Under the pieces are notes generated by a model that was given only the letters and a program-made list of their open reading frames with translations, did no database searches and had not been told where the DNA came from. This document shows positions 33,340 to 42,640 of a stretch of 64,000 bases of DNA, piece by piece. This stretch comes from an uncultured Polaribacter sp. Lineage in GTDB: Bacteria > Bacteroidota > Bacteroidia > Flavobacteriales > Schleiferiaceae. How positions within the stretch are numbered: the stretch's first letter is position 1; each line of letters starts with the position of its first letter. The stretch covers positions 7,542 through 71,541 of the forward strand of contig CAYNLA010000001.1 in NCBI GenBank assembly GCA_964397915.1, written 5' to 3'. The translations under genes and the position numbers were made by a program.

Positions 33340-33730
33340 AAAAGCGCACTTCAATGCAGCGCACAGACTTCATAACCCAGAATTGAGTTCATCGGAGAAT
33401 CTCGATGTCTTTGGAAAATGCAATAATGAGTATTTCCATGGCCATAATTACGAGTTGGTGGTGAGTGTAACTGGCGAAGTAGATCCTAAAACTGGATACC
33501 TAATCGATATGAAGGTTTTAAGGGATCACATTAAAAACGAGGTAGAAGAGTATCTCGACCACAAGAATTTGAATATTCAGGTAGCTGAGTTCAAAACTTT
33601 GAATCCAACGGCAGAGCACATTGCTTATGTCATCTGGAACCGATTAAGAGTCGTACTTGAAAAGGATTTAGAACTTTCAGTAAGACTTTATGAAACCCCA
33701 AGAAACTTTGTGGATTACAGCGGTTTATAA
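33320..33730 (+). CDS. 6-pyruvoyl-tetrahydropterin synthase family protein (PTPS/QueD superfamily)
   Basis: AHFNAAHRL and GKC34NNE37YFH40GH42NYEL active-site block. Cys is 5 residues and Glu 2 residues before HGH. 136 aa. Confidence 0.85.
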   Translation: MRITVSRKAHFNAAHRLHNPELSSSENLDVFGKCNNEYFHGHNYELVVSVTGEVDPKTGYLIDMKVLRDHIKNEVEEYLDHKNLNIQVAEFKTLNPTAEHIAYVIWNRLRVVLEKDLELSVRLYETPRNFVDYSGL

Positions 33731-33741
33731 AAAATTCAATC

Positions 33742-34413
33742 ATGACTACACACGATAATAAATACACCCCCGAAGATCTAGAGAACCTCGTAGAGGCACA
33801 TCTTGGAACCTCAGTTGACACCCCACTCAGAGGGGATGCCTTTGCGAAGTCTGATGATGAAAAGATTGCTCTTATTGCCGCTAAGTTCCATGATATCATG
33901 GAAATTTTGGGTTTAGATTTAACCGATGATAGCCTTCAAGGCACTCCGCTACGAGTTGCTAAAATGTATGTAAAGGAGGCCTTTTCAGGGCTTAATCCAG
34001 ATAATAAGCCTGAAATGAAGTTATTCGACAATAAGTTTAGGTATACCGAGATGCTCATTGAGAAAGACATCAAAGTCCATTCACACTGCGAGCATCACTT
34101 TGTACCCATTATCGGCAAATGCCACGTAGCGTACATTCCAAATGGAAAAGTGGTTGGCTTGAGTAAGCTAAATAGAATAGTGCGTCATTACGCTAAACGA
34201 CCACAAGTTCAAGAGCGCTTGACAAGACAAATTGCTGAAGCACTAATGGATGGGTTAAATACGCAACATGTCGCTGTCTACCTCGAAGCGGACCATATGT
34301 GTGTCAAAACACGTGGGATAGAGGATGATCATAGTTCTACGGTGACAATGGCCTTCCACGGTAACTTCGAAAAGGAAATAAATAAGCGTGCTTTTCTAGA
34401 GTCCTTTAGATAA
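33742..34413 (+). CDS. folE: GTP cyclohydrolase I
   Basis: [52 protein letters not shown]. Confidence 0.95.
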   Translation: MTTHDNKYTPEDLENLVEAHLGTSVDTPLRGDAFAKSDDEKIALIAAKFHDIMEILGLDLTDDSLQGTPLRVAKMYVKEAFSGLNPDNKPEMKLFDNKFRYTEMLIEKDIKVHSHCEHHFVPIIGKCHVAYIPNGKVVGLSKLNRIVRHYAKRPQVQERLTRQIAEALMDGLNTQHVAVYLEADHMCVKTRGIEDDHSSTVTMAFHGNFEKEINKRAFLESFR

Positions 34414-35714
34414 TGCAAGAAGTTTCGGTCTTTTGGTTTCGTCGGGACCTCCGGATAGACGATAATGCAGGTCTGTGGAAAGCCCTGAAATCTGGGCAGC
34501 CAGTCTTACCCATTTTTATCTTTGATCGAAACATCCTAGATAAACTCGAGGAACGTAGTGATGCTAGGGTATCCTTCATTCATCAAAGCATCACGGCCAT
34601 AAACAGCCAATTAAAGGAATACGGCTCAGCTCTTCATGTCTTCTATAGTACACCAATGGAGGTAATGCAAGACCTAAGTCAGAAGTATGAGGTTAAATCT
34701 GTTTTTTTAAATCGAGATTACGAGCCTTACGCGAAAGAACGAGATCAGCAAGTATATGACTTTTGGAAAGCTCGGGGAGTAGATGTTATAGGGGCAAAAG
34801 ATCATGTGATATTCGAAAAAGACGAGGTCGTGAAAGGTGATGGCACCCCTTACTTAGTCTTTAGTCCATATGGCCGCGCTTGGAGGAAAATTCTAAAACC
34901 TTACCACTATAAATCGTACCCTACTGAAAAGTATTTTGGCAAATTCTTCAGATGTGAATTTGGCTCAATACCGTCATTAGAGGATATGGGTTTTGAAAAG
35001 ACGGATATTCCAATTCCATCTTTACAGATTGACTCGAATATTATTAAAACCTACGATTCGACTAGAAATTTCCCAGCGAAGAAAAACGGAACTACCCGTT
35101 TGGGAATACATTTACGCTTCGGCACATTGTCCGTAAGGAAATTATTAGCCCACGGTATTCATTATAATGAGACCTTCGTAAATGAGCTAATCTGGAGAGA
35201 TTTCTATCAAATGGCCTTATACAATTTTCCAAATAGCCGCGAAAAAGCAATAAAACCTAAGTATGATTTTATTCGTTGGGAAAACAATGAAGATCATTTT
35301 AAGGCTTGGTGTAAAGGAAAAACGGGATATCCCATTGTGGACGCGGGAATGCGTGAATTGAACCAAACGGGATACATGCATAATAGAGTTCGCATGATTG
35401 TAGCAAGTTTCTTAACTAAACACCTGTTGATTGACTGGAGATGGGGAGAGGCTTATTTTGCTCAAAAACTTTTGGATTTCGACCTGGCCTCGAATGTAGG
35501 AGGGTGGCAATGGGCAAGCGGCAGTGGACTCGATGCTGCTCCATACTTTAGAGTGTTCAACCCTACTGCCCAAATGGAGAAGTTTGACAAGGACTTGAAA
35601 TACATCAAGAAATGGGTACCGGAGTTAGAAACGCATCTTTACCCACAACCAATAGTTGAACACAAATGGGCGAGAGAACGTTGTCTTGAGCGCTTCAAAG
35701 AGGCGCTACAATAA
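34413..35714 (+). CDS. cryptochrome/photolyase family protein (class I CPD photolyase or Cry-DASH-like)
   Basis: N-terminus FWFRRDLRIDDN. FAD domain TGYPIVDAGMRELNQTGYMHNRVRMIVASFL...WQWASGSGLDAAPYFRVFNP. Confidence 0.9.
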   Translation: MQEVSVFWFRRDLRIDDNAGLWKALKSGQPVLPIFIFDRNILDKLEERSDARVSFIHQSITAINSQLKEYGSALHVFYSTPMEVMQDLSQKYEVKSVFLNRDYEPYAKERDQQVYDFWKARGVDVIGAKDHVIFEKDEVVKGDGTPYLVFSPYGRAWRKILKPYHYKSYPTEKYFGKFFRCEFGSIPSLEDMGFEKTDIPIPSLQIDSNIIKTYDSTRNFPAKKNGTTRLGIHLRFGTLSVRKLLAHGIHYNETFVNELIWRDFYQMALYNFPNSREKAIKPKYDFIRWENNEDHFKAWCKGKTGYPIVDAGMRELNQTGYMHNRVRMIVASFLTKHLLIDWRWGEAYFAQKLLDFDLASNVGGWQWASGSGLDAAPYFRVFNPTAQMEKFDKDLKYIKKWVPELETHLYPQPIVEHKWARERCLERFKEALQ

Positions 35715-35717
35715 ACT

Positions 35718-37142
35718 TTAGACCTTTTCAGTCTCGGGGGAGTAACCAAAGAGTTGTTTCTCTTTAATTACCGTATCTACATACTTTGGTAGACATTCTT
35801 CCCAACCATCTTCGCCACAACGTATTTTACGGAGCACCTCTCTTGAAAAAATATTGGTTATGTCTTGGTCAAACTCTTCAATATCCAATATTCTATTATG
35901 GAAGATGAGATAATCAATAATTGGTCGGAAGCGTGGATGAACCTCTGCATCTTCCTTGCGTGTAATCTTTGAAGTTTGGTCTTCTTGGAAAGGATAAACA
36001 AGAATTTTAAGGTCCTTTGAGAAGATTCTACCGAATGCCTCTAAAATACCGCCTTGTAAACCACGATAGTATTTTTCATTAAAGAGCTCAGATAGATTAT
36101 TAACACCCATAACTAACCCTTGGCGCTTCTTAGAGAATCGTCCGAAGTAGTCAACGAGCTTATAATATTCTTGGTAGTTTGATATGAGCACAGTCTGCCC
36201 AAGGCTACATAGAATTTCAGCACGATCTAGGAAATCTTGTTCATCGATTTCACCCTCGGCCAAGAGGTTATTCAAAGTAATCTCCCAAAGGACTACTGTT
36301 TTGTCTGGATTTACCTTTCTATCGTTCGAAAATACTTCGTATCCGCGCTTAATCATGTCCATATTGACACGGGTAACCGGACGAAAAGATCCTCTCATGG
36401 CTAGAATATGCTTTTTGTAAAGCAATTCTGCTGGCAACAAATTGTTTCCTTCTGGACCGAAAATCACTGCGTCCGTATACCCATTTTTGATCAATTGCAA
36501 TGACATCAAACGATTGTCAACCTGCTCAAAATCAGGTCCTGAGAAGTTGATTAGATCAATCTCAATAGCTGCATGGTCAATATTGTCGTAGAGACTTCGT
36601 AGCAATTCCTTACAATCTGTAAATAGATTGTAAGCACCATAAATAAGATTGGTTCCTAATCTACCTACAGTTTCTTGTTGATGCTTCGCTTCGTTCTCAT
36701 GCAACCTGAAGTGTAAAAAGATATCATTCGTTGCTTTGTCAGGAGCGGTTTGAAAACGAATACCCATCCAGCCATGGCCCTTGAAGGTTTTCGCAAAATT
36801 GATCGTTGCTACAGTATTCGCGTATGCGAAATACGTTTTCTCAGGATGAATTTCCCGGTCTAAACGCTTTTCAATCAAACTGTATTCGTGTTTGAGCATC
36901 TTTCGAACGCGGCTTTCCGTAACATATCTGCGATCTTCTTCGATGCCATAAATGTCATCAGAGAAGGCCTTGTCATAGGCGCTCATTGCCTTTGCGATAG
37001 TTCCCGAAGCTGCTCCAGCTCTAAAGAATTCACGAACTGTTTCCTGCCCAGCACCAATTTCCGCAAACGTACCGTAGATGTCGGGGTTTAGGTTAATTTT
37101 AAGTGCCTTTTGGGCGGTAGTAAGAATGACCCTGTCCTTCAT
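35718..37142 (-). CDS. conserved cytoplasmic protein of unknown function (474 aa)
   Basis: Long clean ORF with no signal peptide or TM segment. N-terminal GTFAEIGAGQETVREFF block. I cannot assign a family. Confidence 0.6.
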   Translation of the reverse strand: MKDRVILTTAQKALKINLNPDIYGTFAEIGAGQETVREFFRAGAASGTIAKAMSAYDKAFSDDIYGIEEDRRYVTESRVRKMLKHEYSLIEKRLDREIHPEKTYFAYANTVATINFAKTFKGHGWMGIRFQTAPDKATNDIFLHFRLHENEAKHQQETVGRLGTNLIYGAYNLFTDCKELLRSLYDNIDHAAIEIDLINFSGPDFEQVDNRLMSLQLIKNGYTDAVIFGPEGNNLLPAELLYKKHILAMRGSFRPVTRVNMDMIKRGYEVFSNDRKVNPDKTVVLWEITLNNLLAEGEIDEQDFLDRAEILCSLGQTVLISNYQEYYKLVDYFGRFSKKRQGLVMGVNNLSELFNEKYYRGLQGGILEAFGRIFSKDLKILVYPFQEDQTSKITRKEDAEVHPRFRPIIDYLIFHNRILDIEEFDQDITNIFSREVLRKIRCGEDGWEECLPKYVDTVIKEKQLFGYSPETEKV

Positions 37143-37229
37143 ACTTCGTTTGATAGGTAGTTATAGTAGCAAAAGTAAGGCTTCCAAAGGTTTATCCGTA
37201 GAAGATTACTGCTTAATTCCGTACAATAA

Positions 37230-38015
37230 ATGGGCCAAAAAGGTGAATTAATATTTATGGGTACAGGCACATCACAAGGTGTACCAGTCATTGGTTGTGA
37301 TTGCGATGTTTGTATCAGCAAGGACCCCAAGGATAAAAGAAGTCGTTCATCCGTTCATTTCTCGTTTAGTGATGCCAAAATTCAAGTAGATACAGGGCCT
37401 GATTTTAGAAGTCAAATGCTGCGGGAAAATATTTCAGGGGTAGATGCGGTTTTCTTCACTCATGAACATCAAGATCACATTGCTGGACTTGATGATGTAC
37501 GCCCTATGATTTTTCGAACAAAGAAGGCAATGCCCATTTATGGACAGGAACGTGTCATTAATAGAATCAAACGGGCATTTCATTATGCCTTTGAGGAGAA
37601 CCCGTATCCAGGTGCACCTAAATTTGATATCAACTACATCAATGACTCCAATCTTGTTGTAATCAACGGGATAGAAGTTTTACCCATTTCTGTGATGCAT
37701 GGCCAACTTCCCATATTGGGATATAGGATAGGGGATACCGCCTACATTACAGATGTAAAAACGGTACCTAACACCTCATTACAATTGCTAAAAGGACTTA
37801 AAACACTCGTCTTTGATGCCCTACATGATTATCCCCATCAAAGCCATTGTACATTGGATGAGGCCATTGAATGGGCTGAGATAATTGGGGCAGAGTCAAC
37901 GTATTTCATCCATTTAAGCCATCACATGGGTACACATGAGGCGACGACGAGGAGATTGCCTGAAAACATGCACATTGCTTACGATGGACTACGGTTGCCC
38001 GTTTCTACCCTTTAA
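37230..38015 (+). CDS. MBL-fold metallo-hydrolase (PhnP-like)
   Basis: GTGTSQGVP...CDCDVC Zn-ribbon-like insert and HEHQDH metal motif. Confidence 0.8.
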   Translation: MGQKGELIFMGTGTSQGVPVIGCDCDVCISKDPKDKRSRSSVHFSFSDAKIQVDTGPDFRSQMLRENISGVDAVFFTHEHQDHIAGLDDVRPMIFRTKKAMPIYGQERVINRIKRAFHYAFEENPYPGAPKFDINYINDSNLVVINGIEVLPISVMHGQLPILGYRIGDTAYITDVKTVPNTSLQLLKGLKTLVFDALHDYPHQSHCTLDEAIEWAEIIGAESTYFIHLSHHMGTHEATTRRLPENMHIAYDGLRLPVSTL

Positions 38016-39274
38016 AGCGAAAGTAGATTTCCCTTTACAAAGACCGCTTTAACATTATGCGAAGTATGGGTTCCGCGGAATGGATTATTATGAGCTTTGC
38101 TTGCAAAACCTGTCCAATCTTGTCCATCAGTTCCAATAATTGTGAACTCCGCTTCTCCACCTTCAACGATACCCAAACTAGGCAACCCCAGTAGCTTACG
38201 AGGATTGGTCGAACATAATTCTTGGATGCGTTCGTTGGGGATAAGGTCTAGATCTAACAAATGACATAATGCGCCTTCGAATCCTGCCATTCCAAATTCG
38301 GCATTATCAAATTCACATTGCTTTTGTTCGATGTCTTTTGGCAAATGATCCACAGATAAACAATCGACTGTTCCGTCAAGGGTCGCGTTTAAGAGTGCTT
38401 CTTGATCCTTTTTGCTTCTAAGCGGAGGGCTGACTTTGAGCGAGGTATCGTAGTGTATTAAATCCTCTTCTGTGAATAAGAGATGATGGATGTTTACACT
38501 ACAGGTTACGTTCAAGCCTAATTCTTTTGCTTCACGAATAGCAGCAATTCCCTTCGCTGTACTCACACTTGCGATGTGTAAGGATCCTTCGGTATACTCT
38601 AGAATATTTAAATCTCGCTGAATACGGGCGTACTCGGATAATGCAGGTATGCCTTTCAGGCCAACATATGTACTCGTCACGCCCTCATTCATTTTACCTC
38701 CCGCGACAAGTTCATGATCTTCTGGATGAACCATAATTCGACCGAAAGGCTTCGTGTAGAGGAGGGCAAGTTTCAACAAATTGGCGTTTGACATGCCATG
38801 TTTGTAATCAACGAATAACTCACTGCCGTGCTCGAACATGTCGAACATTTCACTAAGCTCTTCTCCTTTACGTCCCTTAGTAGCGGTGCCGATTGGAATT
38901 AAATGAACTGGACTTTGATCGCTTTTATTGGTAATGAATTCTATTCCGGTCTTATTATCGGCAAACGGGGTTCCATTGCTTACTACACCTACGGCTGTAT
39001 AGCCACCGGCTGCAGCGGCCGCTGCACCAGATCGCAGGGTCTCAGACTCTTCGTTTCCGGGCTCGCCTAAATCACTGTGCAATTCAGCAAAACCTGGATA
39101 AAGATCTGCCCCAGCAGCATCCCAAGTATTCCCATCAAAAGAATCAATAGTACCGATTTGTGCAATAGAATCTCCTTCAATCAATACATCAACAGTTTCA
39201 TTGTGATAAGGACTGTTGGTGTCAACGATGTGCGCGTTCTTAATCAGGAGCTGCATCTCAGAAAATTTTGACAA
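38012..39274 (-). CDS. dihydroorotase-like amidohydrolase with degenerate metal ligands (PyrC-prime-like)
   Basis: Amidohydrolase fold by overall pattern. The N-terminal HxH is ELHSDLGEPG, and the later HV/HIST-type His is SLHIASVST. VDHLPK is retained. An alternative start is the ATG at 39256 (MQLLIKNAH). Confidence 0.7.
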   Translation of the reverse strand: MSKFSEMQLLIKNAHIVDTNSPYHNETVDVLIEGDSIAQIGTIDSFDGNTWDAAGADLYPGFAELHSDLGEPGNEESETLRSGAAAAAAGGYTAVGVVSNGTPFADNKTGIEFITNKSDQSPVHLIPIGTATKGRKGEELSEMFDMFEHGSELFVDYKHGMSNANLLKLALLYTKPFGRIMVHPEDHELVAGGKMNEGVTSTYVGLKGIPALSEYARIQRDLNILEYTEGSLHIASVSTAKGIAAIREAKELGLNVTCSVNIHHLLFTEEDLIHYDTSLKVSPPLRSKKDQEALLNATLDGTVDCLSVDHLPKDIEQKQCEFDNAEFGMAGFEGALCHLLDLDLIPNERIQELCSTNPRKLLGLPSLGIVEGGEAEFTIIGTDGQDWTGFASKAHNNPFRGTHTSHNVKAVFVKGNLLSL

Positions 39275-40721
39275 AAATAACGGCTATTAGCACGAAAAGC
39301 AATGCAAAGAGCAAGGCAATTTTTGAATTGTCCCAATCAACCTGCGCCAATGCTAGGTTTTCGCTTCCAATTTCTGAAGATTCACCGAATAAAATCTGAT
39401 CACCAAAGCGCTCAAGATTTACGGCGTAGTTATCGTTTCCTAGCGGCCTATTAGTACCGATGTTAACGGAACTGCTTTTGAACGACCACTGCTTTAGCGC
39501 TGTATAGTAGGGGTGCGTTACATCATCTATTTCAAATCCTTGCATGTAAATTCTTTGAGAAGATTGAGAAATAAAGCCCGATAGTATGCTCTCCCCATCT
39601 TGTAGTAATGCTTCGCTCGTTGGATCGATGAAGTTAGACTTTTCGGGGGATGGCCAATTATTTCTAGGTGAAGCACCTATAAAATACTTTGAGTAGAAGG
39701 GGTGATTTAGATTCGCCCTTGGCTGCTCTAGAATTTTCGCGTTTTTCAATTCTACAGGAAAAACTAAAAGCGTTTTTACAGAGGATAATATGGGTTCTGG
39801 GATAAAATCAAAACCGAACAACACCGCAGTTTCAAACTCGGTTTCAAGTGGCTCGGAAAAATCATCATACTCAATTATAGTGTCTACTTTGAATACCTTG
39901 GCGATTTGCGTTGCGGCTTGTTTTTGATTATCCAATAAATAGTAAAGTGCTCTTCTTGACTTCGATCGCTTCCTTATTTTGATTGTATTATCGGCTTCCA
40001 ACAAGTCAGAACTATGAACGACAGAATACTCCAGATCCGCTTTTAGAAGGTCCAATTGGATATCAATTTTTGACACGGAGTCCCATTCGAGGAATAATTC
40101 ATCACCTTCAAACATTTTCCACAACCCCTTATCATCACCGGTATTAAGCGCAACCTTATCGTCACTCAATTCTACCGAGCACAATGCGTTGAAGAGAACG
40201 TCACGCTTTGGAAGCAAATAAGACGCGTAATTTGAATCAATGGGCGCAAAGCCATAGGAGAGCAGTGTGCCCATGACTTCAGGTAGTGGTGCCAGTGATG
40301 AAGGCCATTGCTCTAATACGGTCAATAGAGCTGCCTTGTCAATACTATTCAGTTCTGTACCACCACGCAACAGGACATTGTACTTCCCTGATGGAAGCAA
40401 GGGCAATAAATCAACAAGCCAATCTTGTCGTTGTTCCCAACCCGCAGGGTGATTGTCAATAATTAACGTTTTAGAAGGTTTGTCTAGGGACGGCTTTGCT
40501 AATGCTAGCACCACAGCAAGAACAGCTAAAATGCGCAGAAGCAATACGATTAAATCTTTTAAACGATGCCGTTTCCGCTGTTTAGCTTGAAACGTTTTGA
40601 GCCACATTAATGATGGAATCGCTATAGGCTTTGAAGGTCTTCGACCTATCATATGGATAACTAGCGGGACCAAGGCAAATAGTCCCGCCCATAGCCATTG
40701 TGGTTGTTCAAATCCTATCAT
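39258..40721 (-). CDS. BatA N-terminal double-TM domain protein
   Basis: N-terminus FEQPQWLWAGLFALVPLVIHMIGRR, typical of the aerotolerance BatA-N/TIGR02226-type domain. C-terminal TM anchor. Confidence 0.65.
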   Translation of the reverse strand: MIGFEQPQWLWAGLFALVPLVIHMIGRRPSKPIAIPSLMWLKTFQAKQRKRHRLKDLIVLLLRILAVLAVVLALAKPSLDKPSKTLIIDNHPAGWEQRQDWLVDLLPLLPSGKYNVLLRGGTELNSIDKAALLTVLEQWPSSLAPLPEVMGTLLSYGFAPIDSNYASYLLPKRDVLFNALCSVELSDDKVALNTGDDKGLWKMFEGDELFLEWDSVSKIDIQLDLLKADLEYSVVHSSDLLEADNTIKIRKRSKSRRALYYLLDNQKQAATQIAKVFKVDTIIEYDDFSEPLETEFETAVLFGFDFIPEPILSSVKTLLVFPVELKNAKILEQPRANLNHPFYSKYFIGASPRNNWPSPEKSNFIDPTSEALLQDGESILSGFISQSSQRIYMQGFEIDDVTHPYYTALKQWSFKSSSVNIGTNRPLGNDNYAVNLERFGDQILFGESSEIGSENLALAQVDWDNSKIALLFALLFVLIAVIFVKIF

Positions 40722-41149
40722 TTTAATCGTGCATTCACCAGCGTAAACGGTAAGTTCTCAGGAGTTGTATTTAGCTTGATTTGCCCAATTACGGTGACTA
40801 CATCATCCGTCAATAATTTTTGTGGTGATTCAAATAAGATTTCCATTACGCTTTCCGGTCCAGCTGCACCGCAGAAAAAGCAAGATGAAAATGGAAATGC
40901 ACTTAATGCATAGACTTGGTCTACAGGATCAAGAACAATGGCATATCCAGTTACTAATACATAAGAACCTGACCATGATTTGCGCTGTTCCTCAGTCCAT
41001 TGAGGAACTTGGACCCAGGTCGCAGTAGGTTCATCATAAACTTCTTCAAATGAAATTGATTCCAACTCACTCCATAATAGGCGTTCTTGCGCCGCCACAG
41101 CAGTGCCCATCATGATAAAAGTGAGTATTAAAACAGATCGCTGTATCAT
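40718..41149 (-). CDS. secreted small protein, DUF3299-like, paralog A
   Basis: Signal peptide, then VTGYAIVLDP...YALSAFPFSSCFFCGAAGPESVMEILF. It is a tandem paralog of the upstream ORF. Confidence 0.6.
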   Translation of the reverse strand: MIQRSVLILTFIMMGTAVAAQERLLWSELESISFEEVYDEPTATWVQVPQWTEEQRKSWSGSYVLVTGYAIVLDPVDQVYALSAFPFSSCFFCGAAGPESVMEILFESPQKLLTDDVVTVIGQIKLNTTPENLPFTLVNARLK

Positions 41150-41565
41150 CCGTGAAATTCTGCTTGCTGAATAATGAAGAATAAACGGTAGGGATCCTTT
41201 TCATTGAAGACTATCGTTCCTTTAATTACAACAAATTGGTCCGTAATTAAATGATCAGGTTGATTCTTAAAAACCAATTCAACCACCGTGTTTGGAGCCG
41301 CGTTACCGCAAAAAAAACAGCTTGAAAATGCATATCGACTGAGTGCGTATTGCTTTGTCTGAACATCTACAGGCACCAAATAACCTTGAAGTACAACCTC
41401 TTGATTCTTATAGCCATCAAGCCATGTTGGAAATTGAGGTTGGTATAGTCCATCTGGTGTTGTAGTGTAGGGAACTGCGAGTAAATCCCAGGACAACACT
41501 TGTTGTGCTTTCATGGAAGTGATGCTACTCAGACATACCAACGAAATAAATAAGAGATTTTTCAT
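41146..41565 (-). CDS. secreted small protein, DUF3299-like, paralog B
   Basis: Signal peptide MKNLLFISLVCLSSITSMKAQ, then LQGYLVPVDV...YALSRYAFSSCFFCGNAAPNTVVELVF. Confidence 0.6.
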   Translation of the reverse strand: MKNLLFISLVCLSSITSMKAQQVLSWDLLAVPYTTTPDGLYQPQFPTWLDGYKNQEVVLQGYLVPVDVQTKQYALSRYAFSSCFFCGNAAPNTVVELVFKNQPDHLITDQFVVIKGTIVFNEKDPYRLFFIIQQAEFHG

Positions 41566-41569
41566 AGTA

Positions 41570-42640
41570 TTATTTTCGCAATCGCATGATTACTAGCGAC
41601 GTAAGCCATAGCGTTAAACAAACTCCGTAATCAATAATCTGTATTGAACCTGGAAAATAATTCTCAATAACTTGTAAGGAGAGGAGGAGGCCAAAAAATC
41701 CAAAAAGACTATAAAGGCCGAAAGCTGCGAGAATCTTTTTCCCATTCGTCCATTTTAACGTTGCCAAATATGCTTGGGTGGAACGTTCGTTTCCTGCTAT
41801 GTTCCACATCATAGCTAAGTACAGTAATGCCATTACAATACCTAGAATAGTCCCGAATTTCCGTGCTTTCAAAAGTGTTGGTTCCCATTGCTTTTGAATC
41901 TGTCCAAACACAAAAACAGGAAAAGCGCCTTGCTCATCAGCTCTCTTTGCAATAGTTGCCGGGAGCATCAACATGGCAGACTTTGATTTTAATCGCAGCA
42001 AAAGTGAGGTATAGGTCCGCTCAGATTGATGATGTAAATCGAGATAAGCTTCATTCGTCGTGAAGAAACAATCTTGGTCCGATTGTCGGTTCGCTTTAAT
42101 GATGCCTACAACTTTAAGAGGATGAGCGTGTCCTTCGCCTCGCGCATCGCTGCCGTGAGATGATTGCAATTCATTTCCAATCTCAATGCCTAAGGATGTT
42201 GCCAAATTTTCGGCCAAGACTAGATCGTGTGGTCCATTGGGATAATGGCCTTCTAACAATGTAATTCCAAACCATTCGTAATAGCCGTCTTCAACGCCAA
42301 CTAAAGGGTGTCCATCGATATTATCGCCCATGGACAATGCACAAGAGTTCTGTACCAGTGGATGTTTGGTCCAAAAATCATAGGTTGAGCCTGAAATATT
42401 ACCCGTTGGATTCTCTAATCGAAACAGGGCGTTTGCAATAATTTGAATGGGACTTCCTTTATAACCAATGATTACATCGACCAATTCTGCGCTTTCCTGC
42501 CATGTGGAATACAAATATTGTTCTCCTGCTTTTGAAGACTTTATCAGTGAGCCTGTCGTAAATGCCAATACAAAAACGACACCCAATAACATCCAGCGAC
42601 GCTTTAATTGGATCAACCATATGTAAACGACCTTCATCAT
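41570..42640 (-). CDS. ABC transporter permease, MacB/FtsX-like, with large extracytoplasmic domain
   Basis: One N-terminal TM segment, a ~220-aa loop containing HGSDARGEGHAHP, then a C-terminal TM bundle; 356 aa. Confidence 0.7.
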   Translation of the reverse strand: MMKVVYIWLIQLKRRWMLLGVVFVLAFTTGSLIKSSKAGEQYLYSTWQESAELVDVIIGYKGSPIQIIANALFRLENPTGNISGSTYDFWTKHPLVQNSCALSMGDNIDGHPLVGVEDGYYEWFGITLLEGHYPNGPHDLVLAENLATSLGIEIGNELQSSHGSDARGEGHAHPLKVVGIIKANRQSDQDCFFTTNEAYLDLHHQSERTYTSLLLRLKSKSAMLMLPATIAKRADEQGAFPVFVFGQIQKQWEPTLLKARKFGTILGIVMALLYLAMMWNIAGNERSTQAYLATLKWTNGKKILAAFGLYSLFGFFGLLLSLQVIENYFPGSIQIIDYGVCLTLWLTSLVIMRLRK

